From: a virus | Strand: one strand, 5' to 3' | Length of the DNA stretch: 64,000 nt | IMG/VR virus record: IMGVR_UViG_3300046817_000498 | Shown: one piece after another, positions 52,236 through 61,655 of the stretch | How the letters are laid out: each line of letters opens with the position of its first letter | Numbering within the stretch: the stretch's first letter is position 1 | Position numbers and translations under genes: made by a program | The notes under the pieces: generated by a model | What the model saw: the letters and a program-made list of their open reading frames with translations, nothing else | What the model was told of the DNA's origin: nothing | Databases searched by the model: none

Positions 52236-54179
52236 TCAGGTCAGAAGCAGGAGGTTGAACGAGAGCTTGAACTTGCTCGGGCCGATGCGGGCCTCCTGAT
52301 AGCCGTCATCATCGAGCACGGCCGGGACGATCGCGCCTGGGACGGCGATGGTGCCGTATCGATCGAACTGCATCACCTCACCGGCAAAGGACGAAGCGAG
52401 CATCTCTCGCCATTGCGGCATGGAAGTTTCATCGATCAGATCCCCGCTCGGCGGTCCCAGGGCTGTTACCGCCATACGTACCTCGCGCCTGGTGTAGACG
52501 ACCTCGGGCTGGCCGCCGCCCAGGGCGGTCTGCGACGCCCTGATCGCCTTCGCGCTGCGATCTGAGACCTCTGAATAGAACTCGAGTTGATAGGTCTGGC
52601 CGAAGCCGCGTTTATAGCCAGTGATGAGCACGGGCGTCGTGCGCACTAGGGCGGCAGGTGTCCCGCCGCTCGTGTTGATCGTCCAGGTTTCTCCTGTATA
52701 GGAGACGACGGAGGTTGCCCCTGCAGCGGCGCGTCCCGGATTGAAGACCGCCGCCACCGTGCCGTTGATGCCATTGCGCATCTCCGCGTAGTAGTACTTG
52801 CCGGAAAAGAACGTCGCAAGTCCGGCGCTCTCGGTGCCTAGCTCAACCGGAGAAGTTCCGTCGAAGATGCTCGTCGCCGTGGCCTGCGTCACCGTAGCGC
52901 CGAGCTGTGTCCACGTTCCAAGTCCGGTCGTCGGGTCGTAGTCGTCGCTGGTGTAGAAGACGAAGGTGCGGCCGCTCGCGCCATTGTTGACGTCAAACGT
53001 CACGCGCACCCAGTGAGCGCTCCCCGCCGAGAACCCTACGGCGGCAGTTGAAGTAGCGCTCTTTAGAGCGGTGCCGTTCTCCGTCCAAAAGAAGGAGAGG
53101 AATCCGCTCAGGTCCATCACCCAGGCGTAGGAATAATTCGAGCCCACGTTGTCCTTGACGATGATCGCCTGCGATCCAGACCCAGTCGCCCAAAGATTGG
53201 GAGCGATCTTCGAGCGGAAGTCGATGTCTCCGGTAAAACTTACAGCCGCGCTGTCTGGCGTAGTCACGTTGTTCCCGGCGATACCCGGTATGCTCAGATA
53301 TTCCGCGCCCTCGTCGAAAAGCTGCGGCCCTTGCAGCAACGCCGGCGGCGTGCCAGAGCTGTTGATCGTCCACGTTTCTCCGGTCGCGGCCACGAAGGTC
53401 GTCGCGCCGCGCGACGCGCGAGTCGGGTCGAACGCAGCCACGATTGGTCCGCCGATGCCATTGCGAACCTCGGCGTAGTAGATGCTTCCAACGACGAGAG
53501 AATTTCCGACAAACAGGGCTCCAGTGCCGTTGTGAATCGCGCCCGATGTAATGGTGATATTGGTGCCCAGCTGCGTGAACACCACGCCATCTGTGCTGGT
53601 GAAGAACTGGACGACACCGCTGCCCGAATTGTAAGTGGCCTTGAACCAGCCGATGACGCCGTCGACAAATGGCACCGGCGCAGAACTGGTTGCGATGCGG
53701 CCGCTCGTCGTTACCCCATCGCTCGTGTATTGAAAATTCAGTGTGCCGGCGGAGCCGATAAAGATGACGTAATCCCGATTTGTGCTTGCGTCGTCTTTTC
53801 CGATGAGCTGCCAGTTTCCGGATTGCGTCCAATCTGGCAGAACGGCGCGCGCCGTAAGCTCTATGCTGCCTGTGACGCTCGCCGCTGCGCTGTCGGGAGT
53901 GCTGGCAAAATTTCCCGCGACGCCCGGCAACCTCAGATGATCGATCGGCGGCGTGAGCGTCAGGATCTTCCCCGAGGTCGAATTGGCCTTCACCTGGTAC
54001 CATCCTGAGCTGCGCGTGAAGCCAGAGACCTGCACCCACTGGTCCTGGACGAAACCGGAAAGCACGGATGAAAGCGCATTGATCGAATCGTCGGCGGCGG
54101 AGGTGAACGCGTCCGTGATCGAGAGCGCAGGGCCGAGAGTCTCGATGTCGCGCTTGGCGGTATAGGCGATCGTGCCCAT
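52236..54179 (-). CDS. distal tail protein with two tandem lectin-like (LamG/ConA-type) repeats
   Basis: 647 aa. Two repeats of about 190 aa start L(R/S)(L/I)PG(V/I)AGN..(S/T)TPDSAA and end YYAE(V/M)RNGI(G/N)G..AAF(D/N)P.RA. Confidence 0.5.
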   Translation of the reverse strand: MGTIAYTAKRDIETLGPALSITDAFTSAADDSINALSSVLSGFVQDQWVQVSGFTRSSGWYQVKANSTSGKILTLTPPIDHLRLPGVAGNFASTPDSAAASVTGSIELTARAVLPDWTQSGNWQLIGKDDASTNRDYVIFIGSAGTLNFQYTSDGVTTSGRIATSSAPVPFVDGVIGWFKATYNSGSGVVQFFTSTDGVVFTQLGTNITITSGAIHNGTGALFVGNSLVVGSIYYAEVRNGIGGPIVAAFDPTRASRGATTFVAATGETWTINSSGTPPALLQGPQLFDEGAEYLSIPGIAGNNVTTPDSAAVSFTGDIDFRSKIAPNLWATGSGSQAIIVKDNVGSNYSYAWVMDLSGFLSFFWTENGTALKSATSTAAVGFSAGSAHWVRVTFDVNNGASGRTFVFYTSDDYDPTTGLGTWTQLGATVTQATATSIFDGTSPVELGTESAGLATFFSGKYYYAEMRNGINGTVAAVFNPGRAAAGATSVVSYTGETWTINTSGGTPAALVRTTPVLITGYKRGFGQTYQLEFYSEVSDRSAKAIRASQTALGGGQPEVVYTRREVRMAVTALGPPSGDLIDETSMPQWREMLASSFAGEVMQFDRYGTIAVPGAIVPAVLDDDGYQEARIGPSKFKLSFNLLLLT

Positions 54180-54180
54180 G

Positions 54181-56217
54181 TCAGGATTGCAGGATCGCGG
54201 CCTGGCGCGAGTTCTGGCCGATGATCACGATGTCGCGGTTGTCCACCGCGTCCTTTATCTGCGGGATTACCTCATCCTGCACGAGCTTCCGGATACCATC
54301 GTCACCCAGAACGCCGCTATTCGTGATGTTGACGTTCACCACGGTTTGCGACGATGCCGGCAAGCTGGTGGCTGGCGCCGTCGATCCAATGCCGGGCGTG
54401 GTGGCGATGGGATTGGACACGGATCCCGCACTCGCGCCTCCTGATCCAACTTGGGAGGCCTGGGCGATTCCGGTCGCTGCGATAAGCGCGATCTGAATTG
54501 CTCCCAAGGATTGTATTTGCGCTGCCAGCGCGGCACCGGCGACGGGACCAAGGCCGATCGGAGGAGGAGCAAACGCGGCCATGGACGCGACGGCGGTCTG
54601 CTGAATCACCTGCGCGATCGCGAGCGCCTTTTGGATAGCGATCACTGCGATGGCCGCTGCTTTCGACTTGCCTGCGAATACCTGGAGGAAGTCGGCCGCG
54701 AGCTGCCAGGTGTTCATCTCCAAGTTCGTGACGATCATGGCCTTCTGCCGTTGCTGCTCCTGTTCCTGATATATCGCTGTCGCACGCGCATCCTGGTAAC
54801 GGGCGAATACCAGCATGCTCTGGCCCTGCCAATAGTCGTCGGTGATGAACTCCTTTTCCCGGGCTTCATTCAGGAGCGACTGTTCCTGCGTATAGCGTTG
54901 CTCGATGATCTGGAGCGCGGTCTGATTGTGCGTTAGGAGCGCGCTGAGCTGAGCGGCAAGCGCCGCGTTGTATTGGTCTTTGGGCGTGATACCGAGATCT
55001 CCGCCGCCTTGATTCATGGCCGCTCGCTGCGCTGCGATCTGCTTCGCCGCGGAGTCCATTTCTGTTTTCATGCGAGCCACGAAGGCGACGAACTTGTCGT
55101 GCGGCAGGCCCTGGGCGATCAGGTCGTTCAGCTCCTTCTGTACCGAGTCGCCGACGTCGAAGAATCCTTGGGCGAGCGAATGAAGGTCATCGCCTATGTC
55201 GCCAGCGTTCTGCTGCACCGCGCGCGCCGCCTCTCCCATCGCTCCTGGGAGTCTAGCCGCCCACTTCGTGATCGGGTTGTCGGAGACAGCCTTCGCTATC
55301 ATGGAGAACGACTCGAGAGTCGCGCCCGTGAAATCGGCCAGCACGACCTTGATCGCCATATAGGCGTATTTCACGCCCTGGAGCGCGTTCAGGAGATATC
55401 CGATCGCCTCGACCGTGAACCCGGTGCTCTCCACGACCTGATCACGGAAGCCATTCGCTTCCTTGGAAGCGTCCGCGAAGCCGTTCGCCAAGCCAGCAAT
55501 CATCGGCGCGAGGTTGAGGGCGATCGTAGTGAAGAGACCCTTGCCGGCTGCGTCGGCCCGCTTCATGGCGTCGTTCGCGAGCTCGATCTTGGCCGCGTCG
55601 ACGCGATCGAGCGCCAGGCCCCAAGCCTTCGTATCCTCTTCGGCCTCCTGGAAAGCCTTGGAGCCCTCTGCGACTAGACCCGCCATCTGTCCAGCCTGAC
55701 GGCCCATGACCGCCTGCGCGGTCGCGTTCCTGACCGTCGCGTTCTCCATTTTCCCAAGACGATCGATCACGAGCGAGAGCTGCTGGTCCATCGGGAGCTT
55801 CAGGAACGTCGACACCTCGATCCCGAGGCGTTGATACGCGAGCCTCGAGGCCTCAGTGCCCTGCATCGCGTCCACGCTGCTCTTCGCAATTCCTTTCAGG
55901 GCATTCGATAGACCGTCCTGCGAAACGCCGGCGAGGTCCGCGGCGTGCTGCATGCCGATCAGGGTTTCTGTAGCGATCCCGAAGCGGTCTGAGAGCTTAG
56001 CTGCCTGGTCGGCTGCGTTGGCCGCGTTCTTCGTCAGGTCAGCGAACCCGGCGATCGAGAGCCCGACCCCCAGGCTCGCGAACATGCTCTTGAGGCTGCC
56101 GACCGCGTCGCTCATGCTCTTGGTCGCGTCTCCGACCATCGCTTTCGCCTTGGCCATATCATCGGCCAGGCGCGCGATATTCGCGCTCATCTGGATTTCA
56201 AGGGAACCGGCGATCAT
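54181..56217 (-). CDS. tape measure protein
   Basis: 678 aa, Ala/Gln/Gly-rich and helical. Position follows the chaperone genes. Confidence 0.75.
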   Translation of the reverse strand: MIAGSLEIQMSANIARLADDMAKAKAMVGDATKSMSDAVGSLKSMFASLGVGLSIAGFADLTKNAANAADQAAKLSDRFGIATETLIGMQHAADLAGVSQDGLSNALKGIAKSSVDAMQGTEASRLAYQRLGIEVSTFLKLPMDQQLSLVIDRLGKMENATVRNATAQAVMGRQAGQMAGLVAEGSKAFQEAEEDTKAWGLALDRVDAAKIELANDAMKRADAAGKGLFTTIALNLAPMIAGLANGFADASKEANGFRDQVVESTGFTVEAIGYLLNALQGVKYAYMAIKVVLADFTGATLESFSMIAKAVSDNPITKWAARLPGAMGEAARAVQQNAGDIGDDLHSLAQGFFDVGDSVQKELNDLIAQGLPHDKFVAFVARMKTEMDSAAKQIAAQRAAMNQGGGDLGITPKDQYNAALAAQLSALLTHNQTALQIIEQRYTQEQSLLNEAREKEFITDDYWQGQSMLVFARYQDARATAIYQEQEQQRQKAMIVTNLEMNTWQLAADFLQVFAGKSKAAAIAVIAIQKALAIAQVIQQTAVASMAAFAPPPIGLGPVAGAALAAQIQSLGAIQIALIAATGIAQASQVGSGGASAGSVSNPIATTPGIGSTAPATSLPASSQTVVNVNITNSGVLGDDGIRKLVQDEVIPQIKDAVDNRDIVIIGQNSRQAAILQS

Positions 56218-56564
56218 AGGGCGGCGAGCTTTCTCATGGAACGTTTGAGCGCGTTTGCAGAGGCGCGCGGATCCGCCTCATGCTTCCAAGGCGGCTGGCG
56301 ATTGGCGTCGGTAGCCAGAGCGGCCTCGACCAGATATTCGTTAGAGAGTCGGCGCAAGAAAGAGATCTGCCACGGCTCGAGCTCGACGCCCGTGTTCTGT
56401 TGCCAAGCGAGGATCTCTGCGTGGGTAAGCACTGATTGGCCTGTGACAGGGCCCGCGCCCCAGAGGTAGTCGAGGATGAATTCTGCGTCCTCGACCGGTG
56501 GAAGATCCGGCTCATAGGTCGGATCCTCGAGGTCGAACCGCACCTGCTCGATGCGCGAGAGCAA
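56214..56564 (-). CDS. tail assembly chaperone, frameshift-extension (T) part
   Basis: This frame stays open upstream to the slippery site at 56663-56669 and is -1 relative to 56639..57061. Confidence 0.6.
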   Translation of the reverse strand: MLSRIEQVRFDLEDPTYEPDLPPVEDAEFILDYLWGAGPVTGQSVLTHAEILAWQQNTGVELEPWQISFLRRLSNEYLVEAALATDANRQPPWKHEADPRASANALKRSMRKLAAL

Positions 56565-56638
56565 TTGCTGCGGCTTCGAGGATTCGTCCTGCCTCCGCGG
56601 GACCGCGTTGAGCCATGCGACGAAGCGAACTCGCCGGC

Positions 56639-57061
56639 TCAGGTCGCCGTAGAGGCCTTCGTAAAATTTGCCTTCTCCCGATGGAAGACCTCGACCTGAT
56701 CGGAGAGGAGATAGCCGATATCTGGATCGGAATAGATCGCGATCGCGAGCTGCTCCCCGGTCAAATTGGGGAAGAGCTCTTTCGCGAGATTGTCAGAGAA
56801 TCCGCGGGTGACGTCGGCCGCGAACTTCGCTTTGTCACGCGAGACCTCATCGCCTGATTTCTTCATTTTTCCTTTGCGCTGGATCATATCCATCGCTTCG
56901 CCCTGGGAGCGCGCGAGCGCGCGCATGTGCGCCCTCGAGCCAGGCCCATAGATCTCGGCCGTGCACGGCTTGCCGTCAGCTCCCAGCATCACCTCTTCGT
57001 TCGCGTCCTTGAAAATCAGAACGGCGGCCTCGGTCAGACCATACTGCTTGCGAATATCCAT
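56639..57061 (-). CDS. tail assembly chaperone (G part)
   Basis: 140 aa, between the tail tube and tape measure genes. Confidence 0.6.
   Translation of the reverse strand: MDIRKQYGLTEAAVLIFKDANEEVMLGADGKPCTAEIYGPGSRAHMRALARSQGEAMDMIQRKGKMKKSGDEVSRDKAKFAADVTRGFSDNLAKELFPNLTGEQLAIAIYSDPDIGYLLSDQVEVFHREKANFTKASTAT
56663..56669 (-). other. -1 programmed frameshift slippery heptamer A AAT TTT
   Basis: Minus strand gcA AAT TTT acg lies 8 codons before the G stop. The -1 frame reads KFYEGLYGDLSRRVRFVAWLNAVPRRQDESSKPQQLLSRIEQV, joining into 56214..56564 with no stop. Confidence 0.6.
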
Positions 57062-57267
57062 CGGATCACCTCATTAAAATTTAGAATTTACGTCCGCGCT
57101 TATTGGGCACAGCCTCTGCGGCCAATGCCTTCGCGGTTCCTTTTGAAGCGCCCTGATTTCGCATCAGGGAACGACGCAGCCGCCACCGCCTCGACTGAAC
57201 GAGGCGGTGGCGCGCGTCGCGACTTCTAGCACGGAGAAACGAGCCGCGCACCCGAGGAACGGCTTTC

Positions 57268-57837
57268 CTACGGCTGCGGGATGATGACCGGCTTGCGGCA
57301 GATTTCGAGATCGACGTTCACCTTCTGGACGTCGTTCACCGTGCCGTCGGCGTATTCGAACTTGGTCACCAGCACGTCGAGATAGTGGAACTCGCCATCC
57401 GGATACCGCAGCTCGATCGAGTAGTGGATGCTGCCGTTCTCCGATGCCGTCTTCAGCAGGACCTGGCCGGCATCGCCCGGGACGCTGCCCATCGAGAGCG
57501 ACATCGTGCCGTAGTCCTTCGATCCCTTGATCTTGTTGACGGTCGCAGTGTCGATGGGCGTGAACTTGGTCACCGTGGCCGCCATGCCGTGATTGCCGAT
57601 CGACTCGACTTTGCCGACCGTCGTGAAGAGCATTGCGGAGGCGTCGTAGCCAGCAGTGTCGAACGTCGCCGGCAGCTGCGCCGAGATCCCGATGATCGCG
57701 CCGGCGATGGATTCGATATCGGTGCGCTGGATCTCGAGCAGCAAACCTGTCGAGCGCAGGTATTCGAAGGCCAGATCGTTCAGCTTTTCGCCGAGCGCGG
57801 CGATAATGGACAGCAAGAAGAGCGTGATTCGTTTCAT
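57268..57837 (-). CDS. major tail tube protein with hydrophobic N-terminal extension
   Basis: 189 aa. The region from about residue 33 (LEIQRTD..VGKVESIGNHG..TPIDTATVNKIKGSKDYGTMSLSMG) resembles phage tail tube proteins. The first 15 residues, MKRITLFLLSIIAAL, are signal-like. Confidence 0.55.
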   Translation of the reverse strand: MKRITLFLLSIIAALGEKLNDLAFEYLRSTGLLLEIQRTDIESIAGAIIGISAQLPATFDTAGYDASAMLFTTVGKVESIGNHGMAATVTKFTPIDTATVNKIKGSKDYGTMSLSMGSVPGDAGQVLLKTASENGSIHYSIELRYPDGEFHYLDVLVTKFEYADGTVNDVQKVNVDLEICRKPVIIPQP

Positions 57838-57864
57838 GGCTCATTTCCCCTTTCGCGGGTTGAT

Positions 57865-57888
57865 TAAAAAAAGCCCGCCTCGGGCGGG
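57865..57888 (-). terminator. intrinsic terminator 1
   Basis: Minus strand: CCCGCC-cga-GGCGGG, then C TTTTTTT. Confidence 0.6.
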
Positions 57889-57902
57889 GTTACGGTTCTT
57901 GG

Positions 57903-57932
57903 AAAAAGAAAAGGGCCGCAAGCTGCGGCCCC
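57903..57932 (-). terminator. intrinsic terminator 2
   Basis: Minus strand: GGGGCCGCAGCTTGCGGCCC, then TTTTCTTTTT. Confidence 0.65.
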
Positions 57933-57959
57933 TCGTTTAAACGACTTCGCCTGTTGTGA

Positions 57960-58388
57960 TCAGGCGTTGAACTTGACGATGAAGTCCCTCGACTGCGTAT
58001 AGAGCGCGGTCGTCTCATCCGAGAGATCCGGGCCCTCGAGGTCCGGGAGGATGCTGTCCACCAGGACGCCGTTGATCGCGCCGCGCGCATTCCTGCAGGC
58101 CGCCATGACCAGGGCGAGCAGCTGCTTCACTGCCGGGTATCCGGCGCCAGCGGGCGCGCCCTCAGTACCTTTGACGAGCGCTGTGATCTGCACGCGTTCG
58201 CTCTGCATGAACCGCGGGTCTGTCATGCCAATAGTGAGCATCGGCACCCCGCTGATCTCCTTCACAGAAAGCGCCGGCATCTGCAAGTTGATCGGCGCGT
58301 CGCCCGCGAAGATGTGATCCTCGGCCACGGCCGCGAGCACGCCCTGGTCGTGCGCCAGCAAATACCTGATGACCGCGACGCCGCTCAT
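57960..58388 (-). CDS. DUF3168-like tail completion protein
   Basis: 142 aa from ATG 58388 (ATGA coupling). Position and size are typical of tail terminator / neck proteins. Confidence 0.5.
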   Translation of the reverse strand: MSGVAVIRYLLAHDQGVLAAVAEDHIFAGDAPINLQMPALSVKEISGVPMLTIGMTDPRFMQSERVQITALVKGTEGAPAGAGYPAVKQLLALVMAACRNARGAINGVLVDSILPDLEGPDLSDETTALYTQSRDFIVKFNA

Positions 58389-58885
58389 TGATCGGCCTCG
58401 ATCGAGATATCGGACGTGTCCAGCCCCTCTTTCGTTGCGAGGCGCTCCTTCATATATTCGGCGGCCGCGACGACGGCAGAGCTCGCCTGCCCGTCCAATG
58501 CCGGGCGCATGAAAGGGTGCGGCGCTGCGCCTGGATGTACGACGCCCTCCACGATCTGGCCGTCCGGAAAGCGCAAGCCGTGTCCAGGCTGACCGCCGAT
58601 GAAATGCGCCTTCGTACCGTACTCGACCCATTTCGCGACAAACGCATGCGGGCCTGTGGCCTTGATATTGGCGGTCACGAGACCGCCCTGGGCGCGGGTA
58701 CCGACCTTCAAGCCCGCGGCGAGCTCGCCAGACACCGAATGGATGCCTTGGCGCGCCGCCGGGAGCACGACCATCATGCCGGCGCGGAGCGCGCCGCGCA
58801 TCACGTTGCGCTCGACCTTTGGCGTGAGCTGGTCCAGGAACTCCTGCAGGTCCGATAGGCCTGTGACGTTGATGTCCTCGCTCAC
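58385..58885 (-). CDS. HK97 gp10 family neck protein
   Basis: 166 aa. AKWVEYGTKAH ... HPFMRPAL matches the gp10 family signature. Confidence 0.65.
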   Translation of the reverse strand: MSEDINVTGLSDLQEFLDQLTPKVERNVMRGALRAGMMVVLPAARQGIHSVSGELAAGLKVGTRAQGGLVTANIKATGPHAFVAKWVEYGTKAHFIGGQPGHGLRFPDGQIVEGVVHPGAAPHPFMRPALDGQASSAVVAAAEYMKERLATKEGLDTSDISIEADQ

Positions 58886-59283
58886 GACGAATAGCGCTCG
58901 CAGAAGACCTCGATCATCGTTTTCCTGCCCTCCGCGGTCACCTGCGCCGGGCCGCCGATGATCTGATAGACGGTGTCGGCGTCGTCCCCGTGGACGGTGA
59001 TGCGCATCGACGAGTCGATATCATCGCGATACCGCATCCGGATCCTGGCCTGGTTGCGAGCGATCACCGCCCCGAGGGCGATCCCCTCGGCGCGGCTCGG
59101 GAGAGATTCCTGCACCTCGGCCCAGGACTTGACCGCGGCCGAGGGATTCGATGGATCCCGATCCAATGGTGCCCAGGCGACCTTTTGCGTCCCGAACTTG
59201 GCATCGTTTGTGACGAACTCGGGGTCGCCGGCGACGGCCTTCCGCTCGATCGTGATCTGCCGATCTAGAGCGCCTGCCCTCAC
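58882..59283 (-). CDS. head-tail adaptor (head closure) protein
   Basis: 133 aa from GTG 59283 (GTGA coupling). LDRQITIERK ... WAEVQESLPSRAEG ... ARIRMRYRDDIDSSMRI ... VYQII fits the phage head-tail joining family. Confidence 0.7.
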   Translation of the reverse strand: MRAGALDRQITIERKAVAGDPEFVTNDAKFGTQKVAWAPLDRDPSNPSAAVKSWAEVQESLPSRAEGIALGAVIARNQARIRMRYRDDIDSSMRITVHGDDADTVYQIIGGPAQVTAEGRKTMIEVFCERYSS

Positions 59284-60503
59284 GCTGCGATCCTCGGTTT
59301 CGCCGCGGCCGCACGGCGCCGCGCGTTGATCGCCTCGCTGCCTGCTAGGAGCACCAGCTCGTGCTCCCAGTTCGACGCCAGCGGCTCGACCTTGCCGAAT
59401 ACCTCGCTCACCCACCGGATCCACTCGGAGCGCGTCAGCAGCGTCACATGCGCATTGCGGCCGTCCGGAAGCTTCGCGCGCGCGAGCTTGGTCGAGATCG
59501 TGAAGACCGCGGTCGCGCCCTTTTGCCTGACCTCGCCCAGAACGCGATCGACCCCGGACATCGGGATGTGCTCGAGCACGTCGCAGCAGAAGATGAGATC
59601 GAAGACCCCGGCCGGCATGCTCTTGAAGGTCGGGATCGCAGGGTCGTAGCGCGCGATCCTGCGCTCTCCGTCGCGCCAGAAGTGGGCCACCAGGTCGCTC
59701 CGGCCGCAGCCGTAATCCAGGATTGAGGCGGGCTGCAGATCTCGCACGATCTCTGCCACCGCGTCCAGATGCAGTTCGGCCGAGGAGCTCCCGTAATGCC
59801 GGCTGGCGTGGATCTCCTGGTAGGCCAGCAGGTGGTCGTGATAGTCCGGGAGATCCCGTTTAAACGCAAAGGCGCCGATCGCCTCGCGCCCGGCGGCGAT
59901 CTCGTGATCGCTTCCCTCGAGGAACCTGAATCCGTGGAGCGCCATCCAGTCGACGAATCCGTTCCTGGTCCAGTAGTAAAGGTGCTCGCCCGGGCGATAG
60001 TGCTTCGAGGCCCTGATGCTCCTCAGGTCCTCGAAGATCGGGACTGAGGCAAAGAGTAAGGCGCCCTTCTTCACCTGCTGCAGGCGCAGCTGCGGATCCT
60101 CGAGGTGCTCGATGGTGTCCCAGAGGGTCACGGCATCGAACTGGAATGGGTCGTCCGCATACAGGCGTGCGTCTGTGAGCGCCTTCGCCGCCTCCGGGAT
60201 GACCTCGTAGCCCTTCGCCTCGAAGCCCGAGGCCTTCGCTTGAAGCAGAAACTCACCTGTTCCGGCGCCGACATCGAGCAGGCTCGCGCCCGCCGGCAGC
60301 TGGCGCTGCAGCATGGCGCAGCGGCCGGCGTTCACCGCCTTGGCGATCGCCGTCCCCTCGTAGGCCTGCACCTTCGCCAAGTACTCGGAACCGTAGAGCA
60401 CGCGGCCTGCGCGCATATCTGCCTGGTAGGCTACGCCGTGGCGCTCGCAAAGCATCAGATCGGCGTCGACCTCGGCGTCCCAGCGCTTGATGAGTCTATC
60501 CAC
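59280..60503 (-). CDS. tandem double-domain class I SAM-dependent methyltransferase
   Basis: 407 aa from GTG 60503. Domain 1: LLDVGAGTGEF ... FDAVTLWDTIEHL. Domain 2: ILDYGCGRS ... FDLIFCCDVLEHI. Confidence 0.7.
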   Translation of the reverse strand: MDRLIKRWDAEVDADLMLCERHGVAYQADMRAGRVLYGSEYLAKVQAYEGTAIAKAVNAGRCAMLQRQLPAGASLLDVGAGTGEFLLQAKASGFEAKGYEVIPEAAKALTDARLYADDPFQFDAVTLWDTIEHLEDPQLRLQQVKKGALLFASVPIFEDLRSIRASKHYRPGEHLYYWTRNGFVDWMALHGFRFLEGSDHEIAAGREAIGAFAFKRDLPDYHDHLLAYQEIHASRHYGSSSAELHLDAVAEIVRDLQPASILDYGCGRSDLVAHFWRDGERRIARYDPAIPTFKSMPAGVFDLIFCCDVLEHIPMSGVDRVLGEVRQKGATAVFTISTKLARAKLPDGRNAHVTLLTRSEWIRWVSEVFGKVEPLASNWEHELVLLAGSEAINARRRAAAAKPRIAA

Positions 60504-61104
60504 GCTTCGCTTCCCAGTAGGCGAGGCAGTCGAATTTCGCCCAGACAACTTCATTCTTCGGTAGCGAGTGCACAAGATTCCAGACCGCTGGCTGGAGCGG
60601 CCACGCCTCATGGAAGAGCACGCGACCGCAGCGTTTCACCAAGTCGAAATCAGTCTGCGTGTCATTCGTGTGGTCGCCGTCCTGGTAGCAGAAGTCGAAC
60701 TTCAGTCCCTTTACCACAGCAGCCTTGTGCGCGTTATCGTCTGCGTTGACGAAACGCAAATTCTTGATTTCCAGGTGCGCGATGATCCTGTCTCGCATCT
60801 TGATGTCCTCGCCACGATCGCGCGTGACCCCGATCACCTCTTCGAAGTATTGCGACATGATCGCGGCCGTGATGCCGTAAAACGATCCGATCTCGAGGCA
60901 GATTTTCCCGAGGAAGGTCGCTTCGCGGAGATCCACGAGGAAGCTCTCGAACTCAGCGCACGCGCTGCAGCGTCCGAATGCGGCTTTGCCGAACTGCCGC
61001 ATGATCTCCTTCATGAATGGCGATGCGAAGGGGCCACTCTTGATCGATTCGACATCGAGCGGCGTCTTCAGCTCGACGTCGGGCTGGATGCGCTCATTCA
61101 GCAT
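60496..61104 (-). CDS. class I SAM-dependent methyltransferase (O-methyltransferase-like)
   Basis: 202 aa from ATG 61104. CLEIGSFYGITAA ... FDFCYQDGDH ... DFDLVKRCGRVLFHE. Confidence 0.65.
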   Translation of the reverse strand: MLNERIQPDVELKTPLDVESIKSGPFASPFMKEIMRQFGKAAFGRCSACAEFESFLVDLREATFLGKICLEIGSFYGITAAIMSQYFEEVIGVTRDRGEDIKMRDRIIAHLEIKNLRFVNADDNAHKAAVVKGLKFDFCYQDGDHTNDTQTDFDLVKRCGRVLFHEAWPLQPAVWNLVHSLPKNEVVWAKFDCLAYWEAKRG

Positions 61105-61655
61105 GGCGCCGTCCACAAAGCGAAGATGTCCATCACCTGGATCTGCTCCTTCGGAAGTGCATTGACGAAGTCGTACACATGGTCCTGGCCGCGCACGCCG
61201 CCGCGGTCGTAGTCGTGAAACAGAACCCGGCCGCAACGCTTCACGAGCTCGAAGTCGTCCCGGATCCGCTCGTCATGGGCGCCATCGACGAAGGCCAGAT
61301 CGAACTCGAGGCCCGCGACGACCCGCGCCTTGTCCTCGTCATCATCGACGAGGACGAGCTCCACGTTGGTCACGCCCAAGGACGCCCAGAAAGCCCTGCG
61401 ATCGAACTTCTCTCCCATCGCCTCGATCTTCCCGTGCACCAGGTCGATCGTGACCACGCGATCGCAATAGCGGGAGATCTCTGCAGCCGAGACGCCCTTG
61501 TAGGTGCCGATCTCGAGGACGGTGCCGTAACCTTTGCCCTCGAGGACTCGTTTAAACACGCCCGCGCCGCCGCGGATGTTCATGGCGCTTCGCTTCAGGA
61601 CGCCGGCGCCGTGGATCTTGGCGATCCGCTCGCGCATCTCGAACTCGTTCAGCAT
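61098..61655 (-). CDS. class I SAM-dependent methyltransferase, paralog of 60496..61104
   Basis: 185 aa. VLEIGTYKGVSAA ... FDLAFVDGAH ... DFELVKRCGRVLFHD. Confidence 0.65.
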   Translation of the reverse strand: MLNEFEMRERIAKIHGAGVLKRSAMNIRGGAGVFKRVLEGKGYGTVLEIGTYKGVSAAEISRYCDRVVTIDLVHGKIEAMGEKFDRRAFWASLGVTNVELVLVDDDEDKARVVAGLEFDLAFVDGAHDERIRDDFELVKRCGRVLFHDYDRGGVRGQDHVYDFVNALPKEQIQVMDIFALWTAPC

